Source: Candidatus Iainarchaeum sp.
GTDB lineage: Archaea > Iainarchaeota > Iainarchaeia > Iainarchaeales > CSSED10-239
Reading direction: 5' to 3'
Assembly: GCA_037441475.1 (NCBI GenBank)
Contig: JBBISB010000001.1
Location: forward strand, 366,418 to 398,417
DNA length: 32,000 nucleotides
The notes under the pieces are model-generated. The model was not told where the DNA came from. It did no database searches and saw only the letters and a list, made by a program, of their open reading frames with translations. Positions 7,958 through 17,039 of this stretch are shown here, in pieces (positions within the stretch are counted from its first letter, which is position 1; each line of letters begins with the position of its first letter). The translations under genes were made by a program, and so were the position numbers.

Positions 7958-10507
7958 CTACCTATATCTTAAGAAAGCTCCAATTCCACCAAAGGTTTCA
8001 AAAAATTGTTTACCTTCTAAGGTTTCAACAGAGATTAGTTCAACCTTTGCATTTGTACTTTGAGAAACTTCTAAAAAATAATTATAAAGATCTACTTCTT
8101 CTACAAGCTCTGCCTTTACACCCTCACAATCTGAATTGGAATTTTCAAACTTTGAAATTGCATCTTCAACTTCATGTTTGTTTTTTACAACCTTTATAAA
8201 CCTTGATTTATCTGAAAGACATTTAAACTTTAAAATTGTCCAATCTAGGCCTTCTGAAACAATTATTGTAGATATTTTACCAATAGCTAAAGCATCCATA
8301 ACATCTTGAAAACCATAGGTTGCTAAGGAGTTTTTTGCAAGGTCTTCAAAAAATTTTGCAATTATTTTTCTTTCTTGAACTAAACCGGTTTCTCTTAAAA
8401 TTTCTTCGGATTTATCTAGAACTTCTTTAATACCTGATTCATCTGTGTAAGAGGTGTCAACTGTTCCTAAGATCTTATCCTTTAACCTGTGATCAAGATC
8501 ACCAATTTCTAAAAATTCATGTTTAGTAAGACCAGGACCGCCAACAATAATTCCCTTAAAATTATCAATACCTACAAAAGCAGTATTTACTTTTTCACCT
8601 ATTCTTTTATAAAATTCCTCTTCATACTTATCTCTTAGTCTTTCAAAACGATGTGCTGAATTATGGACAATTAAACCATTAGCTATAAAAGATTTATTTA
8701 TAACTGAAATATCAGTCATTGTAGTTTTCTTTTTTTCAATAGTTATAGAGTTTATTTTAGCACATAAGTAAGGAAGAGTATAAGATTTAGTTAATTCTTT
8801 TAAAAGAGATTTATCTTTAACATACTCTAGAATAGAACCTTTAAAACAAGACTTACTCATCATTCTATTATTATTAAAAAAATTACTAACCTTTGGAAAC
8901 ATTTCAAGATTATAACCTTTTCTTTCGATTACTTCTCTAACCTTTCTGCCATAAACAGGCAAGGTTCTTGAAAAACTCATTTCTGTTTTGCTTAATAATA
9001 TTTTTTTAATTTTGTTTTGTTTTTCTAAAGAAGTAAAATTAATATTCTTTTCAAAAGAAAAAATAGATTCTTTATCTGAAATAGAAATTACAAAACGATG
9101 ATTTTTTGTATAAGGATTTTTATTGTTATCATACTCTTGAAGAGAAGAAACTATTGCAAATCTAAATAAAGTTAATTGAAGTTGTTGTGCAAGCCTTTTA
9201 TTATTTATTCCAAGATCTATTGATTTTCTAGAAGCGTTAACATACCCTTCAGCATCGTATAGTCCTTTTAAAAAAGAAGCTAAAATCTTATTAGAAGAGG
9301 TTAATATCTTAGAAGGTATTAAAGAATCTCTTGCTTTTTTAATCTCTTTAAACTCCTCTTTAATTAACCTTACAAGAGCAGTTGAAGTAACTCTTAATTG
9401 ATAATAGTTTTTAGAACTTCTAAAAGTTAGAGAGGAATTGACATTAAAATATTTATCAAATAACTTTTTATACTCTAAAATAACCTCTTCTCTTGATTCA
9501 AAAAAAGTAACTCTATCTTTTTCAAGAGAACCATCTCCTAAAAGATAACCTATAAACTGAGAAAAAGTAGTATCAAGCTTTGAAGGTATTTTTATAGACG
9601 GTTTATTTAGTTTAGAAATATACTTTTTAGTTTCAAAAAAAGAATCTTTTGTTTTATAAGAAAGTTTTTCTGGAAATAATAAATAATCTTCTTTAGTAAG
9701 TTCTTTAGATGTTTTTTCAATAACTCCAGAAGGGGTTAATACAAAGAAGATATGGTCTTCACTTGCTTTAATTTCCATTCCAGGCGCTTTTGTTTTTATT
9801 GTATAGGTGGAATTTTTAATAACATCCCATTTTTTAATAACCTTAGAATCAATAAATTTATTATTTTTAAAATCCATGGAAGACAGGTTTGTTTTTGTAG
9901 AAATTTCATTAATATCTAATAAATCACCATTAGATAAAGAAACAAAGGAATCTTTTAAACATTGTCCCCCAGCCTTTGTCTTACCAGGAACATTTGAAGT
10001 TTCTGTAAAAATAATTTGTTTTGATTTACCTCTTAAGATAGCGACTGTAGCTTCTCGTTTATCCATAACAATTAAACCATACACATCATCTGTTTGAGCC
10101 ATATCCTCTAAAGGGTCTATATGGAAAGTTGAATCACACCAATAAAGCTTTGTGGTTAATCTGTTTGGTGGAACAATAATTAATAAAACAACATCTGATT
10201 TTGAAGGGTTTGTTGAAACATCTCCTGCAAATAAAACTAAACCAGTTGCAGGAAGTTTAAAATCAATTTGTTTTAAATAATTAATAATTCTTTTTAAAGC
10301 AGCTTGAACATTTTTTCTGGTCTGTGCACTCTTAATGTTTGCTGATTGACTCATTTCGTCTGTTAATTGTTTTATAGCTGTACTTCTGTCTGCGTCAGGT
10401 GGAAGATAAAGACTTATAAGCTGAGTTCCTTGCCCTTTATAGGTCTTTATGACTTTTACTTTTTTTTTTAAAAGCATTAAATTAGCATCATCCATAAAAA
10501 AACACAT
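7958..10507 (-). CDS. prf1: Peptide chain release factor aRF1, interrupted by an intein
   Basis: The N-extein contains KGQGTQLISLYLPP ... PGKTKAGGQ. The C-extein starts SAHRFERLRDKYEEEF and runs through typical aRF1 domain 3. The likely start is the ATG at 10493..10495 (MDDANL...). Confidence 0.95.
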   Translation of the reverse strand: MCFFMDDANLMLLKKKVKVIKTYKGQGTQLISLYLPPDADRSTAIKQLTDEMSQSANIKSAQTRKNVQAALKRIINYLKQIDFKLPATGLVLFAGDVSTNPSKSDVVLLIIVPPNRLTTKLYWCDSTFHIDPLEDMAQTDDVYGLIVMDKREATVAILRGKSKQIIFTETSNVPGKTKAGGQCLKDSFVSLSNGDLLDINEISTKTNLSSMDFKNNKFIDSKVIKKWDVIKNSTYTIKTKAPGMEIKASEDHIFFVLTPSGVIEKTSKELTKEDYLLFPEKLSYKTKDSFFETKKYISKLNKPSIKIPSKLDTTFSQFIGYLLGDGSLEKDRVTFFESREEVILEYKKLFDKYFNVNSSLTFRSSKNYYQLRVTSTALVRLIKEEFKEIKKARDSLIPSKILTSSNKILASFLKGLYDAEGYVNASRKSIDLGINNKRLAQQLQLTLFRFAIVSSLQEYDNNKNPYTKNHRFVISISDKESIFSFEKNINFTSLEKQNKIKKILLSKTEMSFSRTLPVYGRKVREVIERKGYNLEMFPKVSNFFNNNRMMSKSCFKGSILEYVKDKSLLKELTKSYTLPYLCAKINSITIEKKKTTMTDISVINKSFIANGLIVHNSAHRFERLRDKYEEEFYKRIGEKVNTAFVGIDNFKGIIVGGPGLTKHEFLEIGDLDHRLKDKILGTVDTSYTDESGIKEVLDKSEEILRETGLVQERKIIAKFFEDLAKNSLATYGFQDVMDALAIGKISTIIVSEGLDWTILKFKCLSDKSRFIKVVKNKHEVEDAISKFENSNSDCEGVKAELVEEVDLYNYFLEVSQSTNAKVELISVETLEGKQFFETFGGIGAFLRYR
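8660..9961 (-). mobile_element. Intein (434 aa) with a LAGLIDADG homing-endonuclease domain, inserted between GGQ and S of aRF1
   Basis: It starts with Cys (CLKDSFVSLSNGDLL, codon 9959..9961). Block B is SEDH. LAGLIDADG motifs are FIGYLLGDGSL and FLKGLYDAEGYV. It ends ...NGLIVHN (Asn codon 8660..8662), followed by the +1 Ser. Confidence 0.9.
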
Positions 10508-11007
10508 TATTTGTCTATATACTCAATATTCCATATACTTTTAATTTTTTCATTTTCAACATTGTAAACTATGATGTAATCCATATACTCTAAGATAACA
10601 TCCCCAATAACTGTTGGGAAAAAACCATAAGCGTCTATTAAAGAATCATTAAATGCAAAACCATAAGTGCTTTTTAAAGAATCTATATTTTCTTCTAAAA
10701 CAACTATTTCGTTTACAAGTTCACTTTCTTTAAGAGAAACCTCATTTAAGTTTATTTCAAAATAATTTAAAGGCTCTTCAATAGTTACATTAAAGTTTGC
10801 ATCAGTAATATTGGTTTCTTTTATTATTTCATCCTTAAGATAATTGCTTTTTGAAACAAGATTAACTGTGGTTAAAATAACTAAGACTAAAGTTAAACAA
10901 ATTAAGATTATTAAAAGAATATTTGTTAAGTTATTTTTATAAATTACTTTTGGTTTTACTAAACTGCTTTTTGAAACAGTTTTTTTAGTAGTTACTTTTT
11001 TATTCAT
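10507..11007 (-). CDS. Hypothetical membrane-anchored protein
   Basis: 166 aa with a Lys-rich N-terminus and a single TM helix, NILLIILICLTLVLVILTTVNLV. Its stop overlaps the annotated aRF1 start (TAATG). Confidence 0.5.
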   Translation of the reverse strand: MNKKVTTKKTVSKSSLVKPKVIYKNNLTNILLIILICLTLVLVILTTVNLVSKSNYLKDEIIKETNITDANFNVTIEEPLNYFEINLNEVSLKESELVNEIVVLEENIDSLKSTYGFAFNDSLIDAYGFFPTVIGDVILEYMDYIIVYNVENEKIKSIWNIEYIDK

Positions 11008-11011
11008 AAAT

Positions 11012-11479
11012 CTACTCCTCGCTATATTTTAAATTTTCATTAATGTTTATTTCTTGATAAGGAAAGACAATGGTGAGCATATCTTTTACCTCACTTATAT
11101 AATAATCAGGTTTAAACTTTGTTTTATTTGTTTTATAAAAAATACATGCTTGCGAAATTGATTTTATTTTCGGATAGTTTTTATTAAGCTTTACAATTAT
11201 TTCTTTTGAAGCGTCATCAAAGACATCATCAACTAAAAGAACCTCGCCTTCAATATCATAAATGGTGGAAACATAATTATCAACATGGTATTTACCATCA
11301 ACATGCTTTGCTGCAATAACACCCATTGGAAGCTCTAGCATTGAAGATAAAAGCCTTGCAAGTAAAAGGCCTCCACGACTAACCCCGATTACTGCTGTGT
11401 ACGATTTATTATCATCAATTATTTTTTTAGCTAAATCAATGGCTAAAGACTCAAACTCGTTCCAGGATACCTTGTACAT
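11012..11479 (-). CDS. Phosphoribosyltransferase-family protein (purine PRTase-like)
   Basis: 155 aa. It has AVIGVSRGGLLLARLLS and the PRPP-binding acidic loop VLLVDDVFDDASKE. Confidence 0.7.
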   Translation of the reverse strand: MYKVSWNEFESLAIDLAKKIIDDNKSYTAVIGVSRGGLLLARLLSSMLELPMGVIAAKHVDGKYHVDNYVSTIYDIEGEVLLVDDVFDDASKEIIVKLNKNYPKIKSISQACIFYKTNKTKFKPDYYISEVKDMLTIVFPYQEININENLKYSEE

Positions 11480-11573
11480 ATAATATATTATAGTTGTAAA
11501 ATATATTTAAATATATGGTTAAAATAAGTTATTAAAAACCTTTCTTTTAAAAATACCCACTAAAATAATGCTC

Positions 11574-12587
11574 CTACTCTATAAGAGTAAAAGTAGCATA
11601 TACGTTTTTGGCAGTTGTCATATTATTAATAAAACACCACTCATCTGATACACTACTACAATCTCAGGACCAGGCTGTAAAAACACTACCAGGATTAGCA
11701 GTTGCCTTTATTGAGAAGGTAGATCCACATTGCATGTAAAATGTACAAGAACTATTATTACAACCAATCCACGGATAATTGTTAGATAAATTTCCCTGTC
11801 CACTACCAATAATATATGTTGTAAGAAGATAAGTTCTTACTCCAACTCTTAAATTAACAGTTTTATTACTATCCATTATAAGATTACAGGGGTTATTACC
11901 AGAACAAGCTCCACCCCAATTAGGAGTAAGTAAATAATAACAACCAGACGCGCTTCCAATTAAAGTTACGGTTGTATTTTCATTATAACTAATACATCCA
12001 GAACCGCAACTAGTTCCTGGAATACTACTATTTATGCCTATAGCCGCAGAATAATTAGAACTATAGTTTAAATTATATACTACATTGATTATGTAAGTTC
12101 TAGTTAATAAACCACTATCTTGATAATTATTTTTAAAAGCTTTAGCTCTTATTGTATAAGTTCCATTTGAAGATAAAGGTATAGGCGTACCATTATAAAC
12201 AGTACCAGTTGTAGACGTTGGATCAGAACCATTAATAGTATATCTTATTTCTGCACCAGATGTAGTTGTAGATAAAGTTACATTTTGATAAGAAGTATAA
12301 GTTCCGGCAGTAGGAGAACTTGTAAGAGTTGCAACAATAAAATTAAAAGTATTTAAGGTTATAACCACACTTGATTGATAACCAAATCTATAAGCTATGG
12401 CTTTTATTACTGTATTGTTAGTGTTTAAAATAATCGCAGTGCCTGGAGATATTTCTGTACCAATTGTTTCTGTTGGAGTAGTTCCATCTAAAGTATAACG
12501 TATCATTGAACTTGGAGTTGTTGTGTTTAAAGTTACAGATTGATCATTATTATAATTTCCGCCATTTAAACTAAAGGTTGGAAACAA
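11574..12587 (-). CDS. C-terminal segment of a large pilin-anchored adhesin; contains an in-frame TGA at 11664..11666
   Basis: It has two CHB_HEX_C/Fn3-associated-type repeats (…IRYTLDGTTPT…, …IRYTINGSDPT…) followed by two Cys-rich InlB-B-repeat-like modules. After TGA the frame continues DCSSVSDEWCFINNMTTAKNVYATFTLIE to TAG at 11574..11576, which completes the second module. Confidence 0.65.
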
Positions 12588-14298
12588 TTAAATTAATATT
12601 AAATAATTTTTCAATAACTGGGCTTATGGAATAACCAGGTGCATAACAAACAGCATTAATCGTTGTGGTGGTTATTAAATTTAAAACAGAAGAATAAATA
12701 TTACCAACATCTCTTGTTGGAATGGATCCATCTGTTGTGTACCTTATGGTGCTTGATGGAGTTGAACAACTTAAAGTAACAGAAACACTGTTAGTATGTA
12801 TTCCACCATTTGGTGAAAATAAAGGGATTACTGCAGGATCACTAATATTAAAGTTACCTTCAGCAACTGGGCTTGAAGACCAACCAGTTTTATAGACCCT
12901 TGCTTTTAAAGTTAAATTGTTTGAAACAAAAACACCTGAACCAGTATAAAGATTACTTGTTTCATTAGGATCAGTTCCATCAGTAGTATATCTTATAGTG
13001 TAAGGAGAGGGTGTGATTGTGTTAAGTAAAATAGATTGATTATTATAAGTTCCTGGAACCGGACTAAAGGTTGGATCTAATGCAGGAAGGGTAATGTTAT
13101 AATCTGCTTGAGAAACTATACTTGAAAAAGAACCAACATATGCTATTGTCTTTATAGTTTTACTTGAAGAAACATTAATTGGTCCAGAATAGATTGGACT
13201 TGTTTCTGTTGGATCAATACCAGTTGTTGTGTATCTTATGGTTGCACCTGCGTTACTGTTACTTAAAATTACATTCTGTATAGAGGTGTAAGTTCCACCT
13301 GGAGGAGTTATCGCCACAGGGTCTAATGGAACAAAGAAAGTATATGTAAATGTTGAAACTGAACTTGGAAGATAATTTAGTTTACAAGCAATTGCTTTAA
13401 TTGTAGTATCATTTAAAACTGTTATTGGAGAGGTGTACTCTGTAAAAACACCTGAACAATCAGGAGAGGAAGAATCTATAGTATAATAAATAACTGCATC
13501 TTGAGTTGTAGTTGACAAAGAAATATCAATTGGGTTTATTAAATTTATTTGATTTTCTAAACTTGACTCTACAGATGATACTGTGTAATAAGAAGAATTA
13601 TATGTACCTGATGAAAGGTTAGAAAAAAGAGAACCGGTAAAAGAAATAGCATTAATAGTTGTGCCAGCAGTAATTGATAAAGGAGAAATATATATGTTTG
13701 AAGATAAATTAGGATTACTTCCATCTAAAGTATAATAAATATTAAGAACAGGATCGGCAGAAGTTAAAGAAACTAACATAGGAAATTCAGATACATTATA
13801 TGTACCTGCAGGCGGGTCAAAAATTGGTCTCGAAACAATTGAAGTTTTTGGACCACTATCACTCCAATTAAAAGAATATCTAGAAGATCTTTTTACTTGA
13901 TTATTTTTAGATACTTCTATAGATAAGTAATAAGTATCTCCACAAAATAATTTGCCTAAATTTATACCAGATGCTATTAATCCAATTGTATTATTTGGAT
14001 TTAAATTATTCATATCCTGTAATTCAGTATTAGCAGTAACAATATAATCTAGATTTCCAACAACCTTATTACTGGAATCTTCTATTATTAAACTAAAAGT
14101 ACCTTCTTTAGATAATGGCTTCCAAGAAAAGGTTAAAAGCCCTTCTCTTATACCAGGAGGATCTATATATTCACAATTAAAATAATTTGCAGTTACTGAA
14201 ACGATAATAGGAGGTAAAGGTCCATCTGTAGAAGAAGCAATTTGATTCCCTTGAGTAGAAGCATTATCTCTTCCTTGCCCCCCGACCCCCCATTGATA
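12571..14298 (-). CDS. Middle segment of the same adhesin (five CHB_HEX_C-like beta-sandwich repeats)
   Basis: The ORF track starts at Met 14013, but the frame is open upstream to 14298 (YQWGVGGQGRDNASTQGNQIASSTDGPLPP...). It contains a repeated P.FSP.GGTY...V.L....IRYTTDG.DP signature. Confidence 0.7.
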   Translation of the reverse strand, partial: YQWGVGGQGRDNASTQGNQIASSTDGPLPPIIVSVTANYFNCEYIDPPGIREGLLTFSWKPLSKEGTFSLIIEDSSNKVVGNLDYIVTANTELQDMNNLNPNNTIGLIASGINLGKLFCGDTYYLSIEVSKNNQVKRSSRYSFNWSDSGPKTSIVSRPIFDPPAGTYNVSEFPMLVSLTSADPVLNIYYTLDGSNPNLSSNIYISPLSITAGTTINAISFTGSLFSNLSSGTYNSSYYTVSSVESSLENQINLINPIDISLSTTTQDAVIYYTIDSSSPDCSGVFTEYTSPITVLNDTTIKAIACKLNYLPSSVSTFTYTFFVPLDPVAITPPGGTYTSIQNVILSNSNAGATIRYTTTGIDPTETSPIYSGPINVSSSKTIKTIAYVGSFSSIVSQADYNITLPALDPTFSPVPGTYNNQSILLNTITPSPYTIRYTTDGTDPNETSNLYTGSGVFVSNNLTLKARVYKTGWSSSPVAEGNFNISDPAVIPLFSPNGGIHTNSVSVTLSCSTPSSTIRYTTDGSIPTRDVGNIYSSVLNLITTTTINAVCYAPGYSISPVIEKLFNINLIVSNL

Positions 14299-14401
14299 TT
14301 AAAATTGTAATAATAACTACAGCAATAAGCACTGCTCCACCAACCAATATCAAAGACTCTAGATTCCCTTGCCCCTTTGTTTTTTTAATCATATAATCCA
14401 T
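14264..14401 (-). CDS. N-terminal fragment of the adhesin: class III (type IV pilin-like) signal peptide
   Basis: 45 codons, below the ORF-track cutoff: MDYMIKKTKGQGNLESLILVGGAVLIAVVIITILISMGG... The frame is lost at the G-runs. Confidence 0.55.
   Translation of the reverse strand: MDYMIKKTKGQGNLESLILVGGAVLIAVVIITILISMGGRGARKR
14278..14291. repeat. C6-GA-C6 (G6-TC-G6 on the coding strand) homopolymer pair at the adhesin frameshift site
   Basis: The plus strand reads ccccccgacccccc. Removing one G would join the signal-peptide frame to the long adhesin frame. Confidence 0.8.
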
Positions 14402-14596
14402 GATAAATATAAAAATAAGTTACCGTAAACTATTTAATAGTTTCGAAAAATAAAATGTAAAGAGAAAGGTAGAAATTTAATCAAATATAAAAATTAATCC
14501 AAATATTAACATTTGCTCTTGTTTAAAATAAATTAAAATCAGTTACTTCTAAAAAAATATAATAGGTTTAAGATAGGTAGATAGTTTCTAAAAAAA

Positions 14597-16180
14597 TTAT
14601 AAAAAAGCATCAATATCCTTGTTTTTATCTTCTGCCTTTGAATAAAAATTCTTAGCAAGACCTGAAAGAGAGACATCTAAATGAGAATCTTTTGAATATT
14701 TTTTTCTAACCTTGAAAAAAACAGGGTATGAAGAGGCTTCACCAACAACCAAAGCCTCGCCTACTCTTAAGGAAGTTATCATCTCAACAGACTTAGAGTC
14801 AAGACCTTCTGAAGACTCACCTATATGTTTTAAATCATAGGGGTTTGTTATTCTTAGGATAATGTGAGTATTTGCTTGAGAGAGAATAGTTGTTGAAAGC
14901 TTTACTGGTCTTTGAGAGATTAGACAAAGACAAGAACCAAATTTTCTACCCTCTCTTGCTATTGTCTCTAAAATTGATTTTGCAAGAGCCTTATCTCTAG
15001 TTGCACTTTCAGGAGCAAACTGATGCGCTTCTTCAACAACTAAAAGGAAAGGAGGGACTTGATTTGTTCCTGCTGTTCTTGCGTAGAAAAGTTTATGTGC
15101 AAAGTAATAAAGTATTAATTGTTTTTTCTTTAAGTTAATCTCTCTTGAAAGATCAATAATGGTAAGCTTACCAGGCTTTACAATATCAAAGATTGAAGGA
15201 GAATCTATTTTTGAAAAAAAATTATAATCTAAAAGCTCTCCTAGGGCATTTACTAAAGGCTTTAAGATAGCCTCCTTAATATCTTGTTTTTCAAGCTCCT
15301 TTATAACATCCTTTAAATCAAAGGGACCTAAACCATTTTTCTTATCTTCATTTAATTTCTTTAAGATAGAACCTAGTTCGCGTTTTTGAGCTGAACTTAA
15401 GGAAGGGAGAAGAGAGGAAAAGAAATTAAGAGAGAGTGTTGAAACACCAATCTTTATTTCAAAAGAATTAATCTTCATTGTCTTTGAAGAATAGTCCTTA
15501 AAACCCTTATCTTGTTCTTTTAGGTTTTCAGAAAAATGAGAATATTCTCCATGAACATCAAAAAGTAAAACAGCAACTTGACCATCTTCTTTTTTTCTAT
15601 CTAATATCTCCTCTAACATAACAGAGGTTAAATAACTTTTACCAGAACCTGACTGTGCTAAAATAGCTAAGTGTTTTTGAAGTAAACGATCCATACAAAA
15701 AGTGACAGGAAGCTGTGGAAAGTCAATTTGTCCAAGAAATAAACCATTTTCTTTCAAATGTAAAAACTTAAACAAAACCTTTTCTTCACACATTAATACC
15801 TTTGAGCCTGGAGAAACTGGAAGAGTAGATCTTACAAAAAAACCATCTGTTGATAAAACCCCTAAAGGCTTTATGTTTCCTTGTAAAAACTCCCAATCGC
15901 TTGTTGGAAACTGTTCATTAATATCATAATCTGAGTTTTCAAACTCCTTAACAGACTCATTGTTTTCATAATACCTGTTTTGAGAAGAAACATCAGTTAC
16001 AAGACCAATTAATTTTCCTTGAGAATAATCTATTTGAACATACTGTCCCTTATAGACCTTTTTATTAGTGCACACAAAAGTGATCTTTGAAGTTGAGGGA
16101 GAATCTAGGCTTGAAATTACAATACCAAGCTCGTTTTCTTTAAAGACCATTTTCTTATAACACCTTTTTTTTATATACAA
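14597..16180 (-). CDS. herA: HerA-type (DUF87) hexameric ATPase/helicase
   Basis: 527 aa. Walker A is AILAQSGSGKSY and Walker B is FLLVVEEAHQFAP. The likely start is Met 11 (MVFKENELG, about 16150). Confidence 0.85.
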   Translation of the reverse strand: MYIKKRCYKKMVFKENELGIVISSLDSPSTSKITFVCTNKKVYKGQYVQIDYSQGKLIGLVTDVSSQNRYYENNESVKEFENSDYDINEQFPTSDWEFLQGNIKPLGVLSTDGFFVRSTLPVSPGSKVLMCEEKVLFKFLHLKENGLFLGQIDFPQLPVTFCMDRLLQKHLAILAQSGSGKSYLTSVMLEEILDRKKEDGQVAVLLFDVHGEYSHFSENLKEQDKGFKDYSSKTMKINSFEIKIGVSTLSLNFFSSLLPSLSSAQKRELGSILKKLNEDKKNGLGPFDLKDVIKELEKQDIKEAILKPLVNALGELLDYNFFSKIDSPSIFDIVKPGKLTIIDLSREINLKKKQLILYYFAHKLFYARTAGTNQVPPFLLVVEEAHQFAPESATRDKALAKSILETIAREGRKFGSCLCLISQRPVKLSTTILSQANTHIILRITNPYDLKHIGESSEGLDSKSVEMITSLRVGEALVVGEASSYPVFFKVRKKYSKDSHLDVSLSGLAKNFYSKAEDKNKDIDAFL

Positions 16181-16201
16181 AAATTATTTTAAATATACAA
16201 A

Positions 16202-17008
16202 TCATCTAATATAGTTTGAAGGAGCGGAAGGAGCATCTTGCTTTTGAGAAAGTTCTTCTAAGTTTTTAGAAATTTCACTAAAGGACTGTTCTATCTTCTT
16301 TGCACTCTCATCTATTTTTTTAAGATTAACATTTAATTTAAAAATATTTATTAAAACCTCTATAAGTTGTTTAGCAGAAGATGGATCTCCATAAGTAAGC
16401 TTACTGTTAGTTTCTCCCATTAAACAAATACCAGGTATTTTGTGGTGTGTAAAGGAAACACCTAAAAGAAGACCAGCAACTCCTGATATTAAAGCATCTT
16501 GACCTTTATCTTGGAAGAAAAGATTATTTACTTTTTTCTTTTCTAAAGCTTGTTTTGTTTTAATATCTGTTGCAACAGAAATTACTCTTGGTTTAGAAGT
16601 TATTCTTTTATCTCCTATATTAAGACCTGCAAAGGTATATATTTCCTTAACCTTATGTTTCTTTGCAAAAGAAGCTATGCTTTCTGAAAACTCATAATGT
16701 TGGTTACTGTTTAAGATATTACCTAGGGCAGGTTGAACTGGTCCTGCTACGAATAAAAAATCTTGCTTTGCTGTCTTGTATAAGTAAATCTCATCATAGA
16801 TAAGCTCTAGAACTGAGTTTTTTTCATGAACTGCAGGTGGGAAGGAATCAGAATAGATTTTTCCAACTAAAACTGGTTTTGGAGTTAGTTCTTTAATCAA
16901 GTAATCAACAGTTATTTTTCCAACCAAGCCAATACCAGGAAGCCCTACAAAAAGAACAGGATTTTTTAAAGTTTTTAAAGGTTTTATAATCTCAATAGTT
17001 GTAACCAT
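16202..17008 (-). CDS. PAC2-family (proteasome assembly chaperone-like) protein
   Basis: 268 aa. The N-terminal LFVGLPGIGLVGKITVDYLI loop and overall layout resemble PAC2/COG1938 proteins. It ends with TGA. Confidence 0.6.
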   Translation of the reverse strand: MVTTIEIIKPLKTLKNPVLFVGLPGIGLVGKITVDYLIKELTPKPVLVGKIYSDSFPPAVHEKNSVLELIYDEIYLYKTAKQDFLFVAGPVQPALGNILNSNQHYEFSESIASFAKKHKVKEIYTFAGLNIGDKRITSKPRVISVATDIKTKQALEKKKVNNLFFQDKGQDALISGVAGLLLGVSFTHHKIPGICLMGETNSKLTYGDPSSAKQLIEVLINIFKLNVNLKKIDESAKKIEQSFSEISKNLEELSQKQDAPSAPSNYIR

Positions 17009-17039
17009 ATTTATTTCACCATCTTTATTTTAATAAAAT

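Noticed and set aside
11664-11666. TGA reassigned to Gly (genetic code 25), because the in-frame TGA aligns with Gly in the internal repeat.
   Set aside because: Code 25 is known only from some CPR bacteria, and this is an archaeon. TGA also appears to terminate priS (18383), the PAC2-like gene (16202) and a pilin-like gene (27210..27212) at sensible lengths. In-frame TAA and TAG also occur, so a single-codon reassignment does not explain the pattern.
16202-17008. C-terminal HbYX proteasome-activating motif on the PAC2-like protein (it ends ...SNYIR).
   Set aside because: HbYX requires Tyr at the penultimate position, and here Tyr is third from the end. The motif is therefore not present as written.
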